Positions 57,096-64,000 of a DNA stretch of 64,000 bases are shown in pieces. This stretch comes from a virus (Duplodnaviria > Caudoviricetes): positions 5,250-69,249 of the IMG/VR virus record IMGVR_UViG_3300015244_002130; one strand, 5' to 3'. The stretch's first letter is position 1. Every line of letters starts with the position of its first letter. The notes under the pieces were generated by a model, which worked only from the letters and a program-made list of their open reading frames with translations, searched no databases and had not been told where the DNA came from. The position numbers and the translations under genes were made by a program.

Positions 57096-57797
57096 ATGTT
57101 AGTAGATCTTCATAACTTTTTTAAACATTACGATGAAAAGAATCCAAAGCACGTTGCTGCTGTAGAAAAACTTGAAAAAGACTTGTTTCTAAAATCTCAA
57201 GACTTGATTCAAGATGAATCTGAATGGGTAAAAATTTTTAGATCAAAACCAGAAGCACCAAAATCAAATATCTTAACCGTTCCATTTTATCCACAAACAG
57301 ATAACTACAGAGATGCTAATCGCACCTGTAACTCATCTGCTTGTGCTATGTGTTTAGAATACTTTAAACCTGGCACACTTAAAGGAGCAAAAGGTGATGA
57401 TGCTTATGTCCAAAAAGTATTTGCAATTGGCGATACGACAGATCACGTCGTTCAAACCCGTGTTCTGGCATCTTATGGAATTAAGTCACATTTTAGTTAT
57501 AGTTTATCTTTTAATGACCTTGACCGTGAGCTTGCTGCTGGCAGACCCGTGGTTATTGGCATTCTCCACCGTGGTCCTTTATCTGCTCCTACTGGTGGCC
57601 ACATGGTTCCCGTGATTGGCAAAACTCCTGGTGGAGATTATGTGGTTAACGATCCTTATGGGTCATTAAACGATGGATATACAAGTGCCGTAACCAATGG
57701 TAAAGGTGCTGTGTATAAGAGATCTGATCTTTCTCGTAGATGGTGTCCTAAAGGAAATGATGGATGGGGAAGAGTTTTTGATGCAAAAAAGTCATGA
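57096..57797 (+). CDS. C39-like (papain-fold) peptidase, probable cell-wall-related enzyme
   Basis: YPQTDN...TCNSSACAM catalytic Cys, GGHMV, VNDPYG; ATAAATA late promoter upstream. Confidence 0.75.
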   Translation: MLVDLHNFFKHYDEKNPKHVAAVEKLEKDLFLKSQDLIQDESEWVKIFRSKPEAPKSNILTVPFYPQTDNYRDANRTCNSSACAMCLEYFKPGTLKGAKGDDAYVQKVFAIGDTTDHVVQTRVLASYGIKSHFSYSLSFNDLDRELAAGRPVVIGILHRGPLSAPTGGHMVPVIGKTPGGDYVVNDPYGSLNDGYTSAVTNGKGAVYKRSDLSRRWCPKGNDGWGRVFDAKKS

Positions 57798-58258
57798 AAA
57801 TTCCAACATCAGGAATTAAATTAATTAGAGAATTTGAGGGGTGTCATTTAAAGGCATATCCAGATCCTCTGACTGGCGGACTTCCAATCACAATTGGTTG
57901 GGGAAGTACAAGAGACTTTGATTATACTCCATTTAAAAGAGATAGATCTATCACTCAAGAATATGCAGATCGTCTTTTAGAGCACGATGTATTGAATCGT
58001 TTCCTTCCTAAACTTTCCAAAATTCCTTATTGGAATGAAATGAATGATAATCAAAAGGGAGCATTACTTTCTTTTGCATATAATCTTGGTTCTGATTTTT
58101 ATAATGCTCCCGGTTTTAATACAATTACTAGAAAATTAAAAGAAAAAGATTGGAAAGGAATTCCTGCGACTCTTGAAATGTATCGTAACCCTGGCAGTAA
58201 AGTTGAAGCAGGATTGCTTAGAAGAAGAAAAGCAGAAGGAAAACTTTGGAATTCCTAG
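57794..58258 (+). CDS. GH24 lysozyme (endolysin)
   Basis: IREFEG...AYPD...TIGWG, ALLSFAYNLG, GLLRRRKAE. Confidence 0.9.
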   Translation: MKIPTSGIKLIREFEGCHLKAYPDPLTGGLPITIGWGSTRDFDYTPFKRDRSITQEYADRLLEHDVLNRFLPKLSKIPYWNEMNDNQKGALLSFAYNLGSDFYNAPGFNTITRKLKEKDWKGIPATLEMYRNPGSKVEAGLLRRRKAEGKLWNS

Positions 58259-58494
58259 TCTTCTACTTTAGTTCTCAAAGCAATCACTGTAGTTAAGATT
58301 GCAAGTAAAGTTTCATATCCTCTTCTCTCAGATTCTTTGCAATCTAAGGGTGGAGGATTTTTTAGTGTTCCTAGTGCATTTGCCGCATTAATTGAACCAG
58401 GGAGCATAAAGTTGCAGGCAATGAAATTAAGACCAACAAATCCAACTGCTGATACACAAACTATAAAAATAAGTTTGTTTAGATTGAGTTTCAT
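58255..58494 (-). CDS. Small membrane protein with two hydrophobic segments
   Basis: LIFIVCVSAVGFVGLNFIAC and LLAILTTVIAL; convergent with the lysozyme. Confidence 0.6.
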   Translation of the reverse strand: MKLNLNKLIFIVCVSAVGFVGLNFIACNFMLPGSINAANALGTLKNPPPLDCKESERRGYETLLAILTTVIALRTKVED

Positions 58495-58682
58495 CTTCCT
58501 TCCTGTTTATGAATCCAGATTTTCAGATCTTTTACATACTTTCTTAATACTTCTGCTTGTGATAAGTGCCACTCATCTCCCGTTTTAGTGTAATTTTTAA
58601 TGTGCTCGTCAACTGCATCAAGGCATTTTTTGATGACGGGATTCCAAGGTTCCCGAATTGGAGTATTCCATTCCCGTGGCAT
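58491..58682 (-). CDS. Hypothetical protein
   Basis: 63-aa ORF coupled to the previous one; ATAAATA on the minus strand near 58703-58709. Confidence 0.6.
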   Translation of the reverse strand: MPREWNTPIREPWNPVIKKCLDAVDEHIKNYTKTGDEWHLSQAEVLRKYVKDLKIWIHKQEGR

Positions 58683-58731
58683 TTTGGGAAAGCAATTTTA
58701 AATATTTATTGAAATTAAGTCGTTTTACCTA

Positions 58732-58890
58732 TTGACAGGATTTCCTGACAATGTTATGATAAATACATCAACAAGTTAAGGAATGTAACAAATCCTTAAT
58801 GTTGTCCTCTACCTAACCGAGACCTATGGGGAGGTTAAACACAGTCTCTCATATCCCGCCTGAGGGTGGTGTAGGAATACTGTACTTGTT
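58732..58890 (+). repeat. Diverged copy 1 of the psbA promoter plus PhotoRC-II-like leader
   Basis: TTGACA-N17-TATGATAAATACATCA...ACCGAGAC...GTCTCTCATA-hairpin(GAGGGTG)-GGAATACTGTA. Confidence 0.75.
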
Positions 58891-58923
58891 CAGCATAAAT
58901 AAGATATAAATGAAATTTATAAA

Positions 58924-60090
58924 ATGTCTCTATCCACTAATACTGTTTATAGACTTTTTGTAGAAAAACTTGGTGGTGCTAATCCAACTACCTTTGTGGG
59001 GGATGAAGGTGAAGTATTTTATAATCCAAATGATGGTGTTCTAAAAATATCAGATGGTTCTACTCCAACTGGAATAGTTATGAACCCATTAATGCCAGTT
59101 GGTTTTTTTACACCACCAGACAATCACTGGTATGTAAATCCAGCTAGAACTGATACATACACTTCAACTGGTTCTGTTGCCACTCCTTATAAAACTGTTG
59201 GTGCAGCATTAAGTGCAATTCAAAATGCTCTACAAACTGGAATTGTATCTTTTACTGATAATGGAGATAGTATTGCAAATCCACAATTTATTATTCTTCA
59301 AAGTTCTACAACAGAGAATATAGGACTTACAACAGGACACATTTATATTCAAGGAGATACTGCAAGTGGTTCTCAAATGCCCATATGGATTTATGGAACA
59401 GTCACCATCAATCCAACAGTAGGAAGTTTATATCAAAACCGATTTGGTATTTCTAATCTTGGTATTGTAAATACTGGAAGTAATCCTGGTATTGGGACAA
59501 CACACTCATTAATAGTTACTGGTTCAGCACCTCTTCGTTGTTATCTAAATGATTGTAATATCATTGCAGGTTCTACAGGAAACCAGGCAATTTTTATGGA
59601 TAATAGTGGAACTGGAACTCAATTATATGCAGAAGTTCAACAATTATCCAGAGCAGGTACATCAGGAACTGATTATGTTGTAAAAGTCAGTAAAGGATAT
59701 GCATTTTTTAATAACTGCTCAACTGGTGGTTCAACTGCTACATTTAATGTAAGTGGAACAGGAACTCTACAAATCCAGTATAGTAAGATTGAAAGTGCTG
59801 GAGAAGCATGTGTAAAAGTTGATGGTGGAACTGCCATAGTTACTAGCACATCTCTAACAAATACTGTAGGACATGGAGTATCAATGACTGCTGCTGGAAC
59901 AGTTCTAATATCAATAAACAATTACTTTGATATACTTACATCTCCTGCTAGTAACAGAGCTATTGCTGGCGTCTCTGGAGTTACTGTTCTTCATTCCAAT
60001 ACAGTAGTTGCTTTTGGAAAAAATGCAAAGTATAGCACTGCAATTGGTGCTGGATATATTGGATTAGTAACTGCATTAACTGCAACATAA
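58924..60090 (+). CDS. Fibre/beta-helix-like putative virion protein
   Basis: T/G/S/N-rich; N-terminal FVGDEGEVFY...LKISDG.TP.G motif typical of tail-fibre N-termini; ATAAATA upstream. Confidence 0.6.
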   Translation: MSLSTNTVYRLFVEKLGGANPTTFVGDEGEVFYNPNDGVLKISDGSTPTGIVMNPLMPVGFFTPPDNHWYVNPARTDTYTSTGSVATPYKTVGAALSAIQNALQTGIVSFTDNGDSIANPQFIILQSSTTENIGLTTGHIYIQGDTASGSQMPIWIYGTVTINPTVGSLYQNRFGISNLGIVNTGSNPGIGTTHSLIVTGSAPLRCYLNDCNIIAGSTGNQAIFMDNSGTGTQLYAEVQQLSRAGTSGTDYVVKVSKGYAFFNNCSTGGSTATFNVSGTGTLQIQYSKIESAGEACVKVDGGTAIVTSTSLTNTVGHGVSMTAAGTVLISINNYFDILTSPASNRAIAGVSGVTVLHSNTVVAFGKNAKYSTAIGAGYIGLVTALTAT

Positions 60091-60108
60091 TCTATTTGAG
60101 GAAGGGGG

Positions 60109-60290
60109 TTGACAGCAGGTTCTGATGGTGTTATGATAAATACATCAGCAAGTCAGGAAATCCTAACATTGCTAAGGTGCTTACCGAGACTTTGCACCAT
60201 AAATACGTCTCTCATACCCACAATGGAGGGTGTTGTGGGAATACTGTAACTGTTCAATTCCCCTTGAACTCATACTTACCCCTTTAACAA
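60109..60290 (+). ncRNA. psbA promoter and PhotoRC-II-like structured 5' leader (copy 2)
   Basis: TTGACA-N17-TATGAT; GAGAC/GTCTC stem; cccacaa/ttgtggg hairpin; directly upstream of psbA. Confidence 0.65.
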
Positions 60291-61373
60291 ATGACTGCTA
60301 CAATTGCTACACGCCAATCAGGCGAAAATCTCTGGGAACGTTACCTTAGTTGGGTAACAAGTACAAATAATCGTTTATACGTCGGACATTTTGGAACCAT
60401 TATGATTCCAACATTGCTTGCTGCAACTGTATGTTTCATCGTTGCCTTCATTGCCGCACCTCCGGTGGACATTGATGGTATTCGTGAACCTGTTGCTGGT
60501 TCACTTATGTATGGCAACAACATCATCTCAGGTGCTGTTGTTCCTTCAAGCAACGCAATCGGACTGCACTTCTACCCCATTTGGGAAGCAGCAAGTCTTG
60601 ATGAATGGCTCTATAACGGTGGACCCTATCAGTTGGTTGTTTTCCACTTCCTTATTGGCATCTTCTGCTATATGGGTCGTGAATGGGAACTTTCCTATCG
60701 TCTTGGTATGCGTCCATGGATTATGGTTGCCTATAGTGCTCCTGTTGCAGCTGCCACCGCAGTATTTCTTGTCTATCCTTTTGGTCAAGGTTCTTTTTCT
60801 GATGGTATGCCTTTGGGTATTTCTGGAACCTTTAACTATATGTTTGTGTTCCAGGCTGAGCACAACATCCTGATGCACCCCTTCCATATGCTTGGAGTTG
60901 CTGGTGTATTTGGTGGTTCTCTATTCAGTGCTATGCATGGATCTCTGGTCACTAGCTCACTCGTTCGTGAAACAACGGAAACTGAATCGCAAAACTATGG
61001 ATACAAGTTTGGACAAGAAGAAGAAACTTATAACATATGTGCAGCTCATGGATATTTTGGTCGTCTCATCTTCCAATATGCTTCGTTTAACAATTCTCGT
61101 AGTCTGCATTTCTTCCTTGCTGCTTGGCCCGTCGTGGGTATTTGGTTTGCCGCTCTTGGTGTATCTACTATGGCGTTCAATTTGAATGGTTTCAACTTTA
61201 ATCAATCCCTGATTGATAGTCAGAATCGTGTAATTCCTACTTGGGCAGACATCCTAAATCGTGCTGGTCTTGGTATGGAAGTTATGCATGAACGAAACGC
61301 CCATAATTTCCCGTTGGATCTAGCATCAGTTGAAGCAACGCCAGTTGCCTTGACTGCTCCAACCATCGGTTGA
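60291..61373 (+). CDS. psbA: Photosystem II D1 protein
   Basis: Full-length 360 aa; D170, E189, H332/E333, D342, A344 equivalents intact; E130 form; no intron. Confidence 0.99.
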   Translation: MTATIATRQSGENLWERYLSWVTSTNNRLYVGHFGTIMIPTLLAATVCFIVAFIAAPPVDIDGIREPVAGSLMYGNNIISGAVVPSSNAIGLHFYPIWEAASLDEWLYNGGPYQLVVFHFLIGIFCYMGREWELSYRLGMRPWIMVAYSAPVAAATAVFLVYPFGQGSFSDGMPLGISGTFNYMFVFQAEHNILMHPFHMLGVAGVFGGSLFSAMHGSLVTSSLVRETTETESQNYGYKFGQEEETYNICAAHGYFGRLIFQYASFNNSRSLHFFLAAWPVVGIWFAALGVSTMAFNLNGFNFNQSLIDSQNRVIPTWADILNRAGLGMEVMHERNAHNFPLDLASVEATPVALTAPTIG

Positions 61374-61395
61374 TATAAAACTCAAAAAATAAATA

Positions 61396-61423
61396 GAGGA
61401 GTTCCACAAGAACTCCTTTTTTT
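61396..61423 (+). terminator. Terminator after psbA
   Basis: ggagttc-cacaa-gaactcc plus T7. Confidence 0.8.
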
Positions 61424-61489
61424 ATGCTCCTCATCCTCCTCCTCTTCCAGATCTTCGGAGTGTTCCTCTTTCTAATGTCCCTATTATGA
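61424..61489 (+). CDS. 21-aa hydrophobic peptide (not in the ORF track)
   Basis: MLLILLLFQIFGVFLFLMSLL; ATGA-coupled downstream. Confidence 0.35.
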   Translation: MLLILLLFQIFGVFLFLMSLL

Positions 61490-62019
61490 TATCCTCAGAC
61501 ACTCCCTATAAACTCGCAGATATTATATGATTTTAAATTTTTGTGCTATATGTGGAACAAGAGATGATTTGCATCACCACCATTTTGTTGCTAAAAGTCA
61601 TGGTGGTAGTGACGATGAAACAAATATGCTTACCTTATGTTTTAAGCATCATAATGAGATTCATAGTAAATCATATAGAAATAATCTTAATCATAGCAAA
61701 TTAACAAAAGAAGGATTACAAAGAGCAAGAGAACGGGGAGTTGTCCTTGGAAATTCTAAAAATCTTGTAGAATATAATAAGATCAAAAAACGTAATGCAA
61801 AAAAATATGCTTGGGAATACAAAGACCTTATTTTATCTTTTCAGAACAACGGAATGACATATCGGCAAATATGTGCTGAAATGCAAAAGTTGGGTATTAA
61901 AACTAGTCATGGTTCTAATATCTGGCACCCTGTTCAAATAGGTAGAATATTGAAAAGAATTAAAAATGGTACTATTATATGATATCCTCAGACACTCCCT
62001 ATAAACTTGCAGAAATTAT
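61486..62019 (+). mobile_element. HNH gene cassette bounded by 41-bp direct repeats
   Basis: 61486-61526 and 61979-62019 match at 39 of 41 positions. Confidence 0.8.
61527..61982 (+). CDS. HNH endonuclease with a recombinase-like C-terminal DNA-binding domain
   Basis: CAICG...LHHHH...GG.D...NML.LC..HH..IH; TKEGLQRARERGVVLG...GIKT..G..W. Confidence 0.78.
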   Translation: MILNFCAICGTRDDLHHHHFVAKSHGGSDDETNMLTLCFKHHNEIHSKSYRNNLNHSKLTKEGLQRARERGVVLGNSKNLVEYNKIKKRNAKKYAWEYKDLILSFQNNGMTYRQICAEMQKLGIKTSHGSNIWHPVQIGRILKRIKNGTII

Positions 62020-62104
62020 CAGAGATACTTGGCCTCAACTTTACAGAAAACCAGAAGCATCTTACAATAAACAAAAGACTTTGAAAAATGAAAAAATACA
62101 ATGA
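61979..62104 (+). CDS. 41-aa hypothetical protein whose 5' end is duplicated upstream (not in the ORF track)
   Basis: MISSDTPYKLAEIIRDTWPQLYRKPE... Confidence 0.55.
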   Translation: MISSDTPYKLAEIIRDTWPQLYRKPEASYNKQKTLKNEKIQ

Positions 62105-62393
62105 AGAATATTTTTCTGTAATTGAAACTAAAACAGGAAGAAAAATTGTTGATTGTGGTGATGAAATGGATGCATATGCAATGATTGCCTTTGACCCACA
62201 AAACCGAACGATTACAAGAAATAAAGTTTTGATGAGTCCAGTAATTGATGTTGAAATTCCAAAAGCACTTCCTACAACAAATGTCGTTGCATCAAACGTA
62301 AAAGAAGGTGAATGTACAACAAAACAACAACTACTTGATGCTGGACAATTAAAACTTCCAGAAGATCAAAGAATTCCAGTCAATGCTAAATAA
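62088..62393 (+). CDS. Hypothetical protein
   Basis: 101-aa ORF. Confidence 0.65.
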   Translation: MKKYNEEYFSVIETKTGRKIVDCGDEMDAYAMIAFDPQNRTITRNKVLMSPVIDVEIPKALPTTNVVASNVKEGECTTKQQLLDAGQLKLPEDQRIPVNAK

Positions 62394-62414
62394 CTTTCAG
62401 TTTTATTAAGAAAT

Positions 62415-62651
62415 ATGAAATTTACAGTTTATTCAAAAGATGGTTGTCCATATTGCACAAAAGTTCAGCAGGTGCTAGAATTGGCAGAACTACAATACGT
62501 GGTTTACAAATTGAATGTAGATTTTACTCGTGAAGAGTTCTATGCCGAATTTGGAGAAGGGTCTACCTTTCCTCAAGTAATTGTTGATGAAAAACATATC
62601 GGAGGTTGCTCCGATACAGTTCAATATTTGAAGGAGCAAAATCTAGTTTAA
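62415..62651 (+). CDS. nrdC: Glutaredoxin
   Basis: YSKDGCPYC, TFPQV, IGG. Confidence 0.92.
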   Translation: MKFTVYSKDGCPYCTKVQQVLELAELQYVVYKLNVDFTREEFYAEFGEGSTFPQVIVDEKHIGGCSDTVQYLKEQNLV

Positions 62652-63010
62652 TGAATACTAATTTTCACGAAGTTTACAATGATGTTGAAAAGGCAATCGA
62701 TTATGCCTTTAATGGACAATTTGTTTTGAAGTTTTATGATTATTTGAAAATTCGTGGAACAAAAAGATACGAAGTTGAAGAGTTTATTGAAAGCGCTACA
62801 GCAAATGAAATTAATAATCTTGTAATAGATTTGGATACGTATTTGGAAGGTGGTGCTGATGATCTTCATAAACAACTTCGTGAGGCTTATGGACATATTC
62901 CAAAACCTCAAGCAAGAAAAATTAGAAACTACATCTATGGCATCTTAGAAGATGCTTGGAAATATAGTAATGACAAACGACCAGGAAGACGCAAGAAAAA
63001 CACTAAATAA
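62651..63010 (+). CDS. Hypothetical protein
   Basis: Probable start MNTNFHEV at 62651, coupled to the glutaredoxin stop. Confidence 0.65.
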   Translation: MNTNFHEVYNDVEKAIDYAFNGQFVLKFYDYLKIRGTKRYEVEEFIESATANEINNLVIDLDTYLEGGADDLHKQLREAYGHIPKPQARKIRNYIYGILEDAWKYSNDKRPGRRKKNTK

Positions 63011-63176
63011 TAATGAACTCCAAATTAATCGGGGTGTTGAACTATTACTACGCAATAGGAGGAAGGAGAAATCAAAACCAAAAACTTTTCAAGTGAAGTT
63101 TGGTAAAATGATTTCTCTCTTCCGTAGAGAGTTTCATTTTTTTATTGAATTTCACTTCGACATTAGGAAAAAATAA
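62952..63176 (+). CDS. Hypothetical basic protein (start uncertain)
   Basis: QINRGVELLLRNRR...; fills the gap in the operon. Confidence 0.5.
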   Translation: MLGNIVMTNDQEDARKTLNNNELQINRGVELLLRNRRKEKSKPKTFQVKFGKMISLFRREFHFFIEFHFDIRKK

Positions 63177-63195
63177 ACCTCTCTGGAGAAGAAAA

Positions 63196-63417
63196 ATGTT
63201 AGCAGTAACTCTAACTATAGGAACATTAGTTTCAATTATGTTCTTTTTTGTAGGAGGTGTGGTAGGATGGTTAGCAAAAGAGCATTTCTATCAAACACAA
63301 CCAATTTTTACACACCCAGAGATGTTTGACTCTAATGGTAATGTAATACCCGACGAAATTTTAGCTGTGAGATTTGAGAATGATTTTGATTATGATGATG
63401 AAGATGAAGATGAATAA
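63196..63417 (+). CDS. Single-TM protein with an acidic tail
   Basis: GGAGA RBS; MLAVTLTIGTLVSIMFFFVGGVVGWL; HPEM motif. Confidence 0.65.
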   Translation: MLAVTLTIGTLVSIMFFFVGGVVGWLAKEHFYQTQPIFTHPEMFDSNGNVIPDEILAVRFENDFDYDDEDEDE

Positions 63418-63423
63418 ATAAAA

Positions 63424-63513
63424 CTGCCTGTGTGGTTCGCATCTATCGGGTAGAAAAGGTGTTTAGGCACCTTTTCTTTTATAAATAATATTGCGAATCA
63501 CGATAGAGCAGAA
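63424..63513 (+). promoter_or_regulatory. Nested hairpin enclosing a late promoter upstream of the GIY-YIG gene
   Basis: gtggttcgca/tgcgaatcac outer arms, agaaaaggtg/caccttttct inner stem, TATAAATA at 63480-63487. Confidence 0.65.
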
Positions 63514-63981
63514 ATGTATTACACTTATGCATATTTGCGTGAGGATAGAACACCTTATTATATTGGTAAAGGTGAAGGTAATAGAGCATACAAATCACAT
63601 AAAAGAAAAAATGGGCAGGAATTAAAACCAAAAAACAAAAATCAAATCATTATTCTTAAAAAATTTAAAAGTGAAAAAGAAGCATATATTCACGAAGAAT
63701 ATATGATATCAATTTTTAAAAGAAAATGTGATAGAGGCATTCTTGTAAATATATCTTTAGGTGGAGAACAACCAAATTCAAAATACAAAACTTTGGAAGA
63801 AAAGGTAGAAGCAAGAAGAATAAGATCTAGAATAAATGCTAAAAAATACAGGGAAAATGAAACGAATGAACAAAAAGAAAAAAGAAATAAAAAAAGAAGA
63901 AAAAAATATTCATTGAACAAAGAAATTATAAATCAAAAAAGAAGAGAAATTTACAAACTAAATAAACAGATTGACGAATAA
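63514..63981 (+). CDS. GIY-YIG-like homing endonuclease
   Basis: YYTYAY...PYYIGKG...RA; basic helical C-terminus. Confidence 0.75.
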   Translation: MYYTYAYLREDRTPYYIGKGEGNRAYKSHKRKNGQELKPKNKNQIIILKKFKSEKEAYIHEEYMISIFKRKCDRGILVNISLGGEQPNSKYKTLEEKVEARRIRSRINAKKYRENETNEQKEKRNKKRRKKYSLNKEIINQKRREIYKLNKQIDE

Positions 63982-64000
63982 ATTAAATTATTCTAAAATG

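Noticed and set aside
189-63920. Numerous minus-strand and alternate-frame ORFs of 60-195 aa in the track
   Set aside because: They lie antisense to or inside well-supported genes and have no RBS or motifs; only 58255-58494 and 58491-58682 occupy free space

Overview
64 kb segment of an AT-rich T4-like cyanomyovirus (large myovirus of cyanobacteria); almost all genes are on the + strand. Identity rests on the T4 core genes together with psbA, two hli genes, cobS/cobT-like genes, mazG and hsp20. Layout: (1) 1-21.9 kb, recombination/replication core (uvsW, 55, 47, 46, 45, 44, 62, regA, 43, uvsX, 41) interleaved with an EndoVII-type nuclease, a vWA-zincin plus MoxR AAA pair, a DenV-like gene, Dam and an Asp/Asn hydroxylase; (2) 22-28.8 kb, late-promoter genes whose products look like capsid-targeted, prohead-protease-processed internal proteins, including an HxGH nucleotidyltransferase; (3) 28.8-34.5 kb, primase, nrdA, nrdB, denA-like nuclease and rlpA; (4) 35-38.3 kb, nine tRNAs (a tenth at 23.2 kb), Dps, small ORFs and candidate structured RNAs; (5) 38.3-55.3 kb, a 17 kb glycan-biosynthesis island (GT11, GT6, GT4, GT25, HtrL-like, HddA/HddC heptose enzymes, a nucleotidyltransferase-RpiB fusion, carbamoyltransferase, NadE, methyltransferase, UDP-Glc dehydrogenase); (6) 55.4-64 kb, SLH mini-porin, hli genes, lysins, a fibre-like gene between two copies of the psbA promoter/leader, psbA, an HNH gene flanked by 41-bp direct repeats, glutaredoxin and a GIY-YIG gene. 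All assignments come from motif recognition by eye; no database searches were run.
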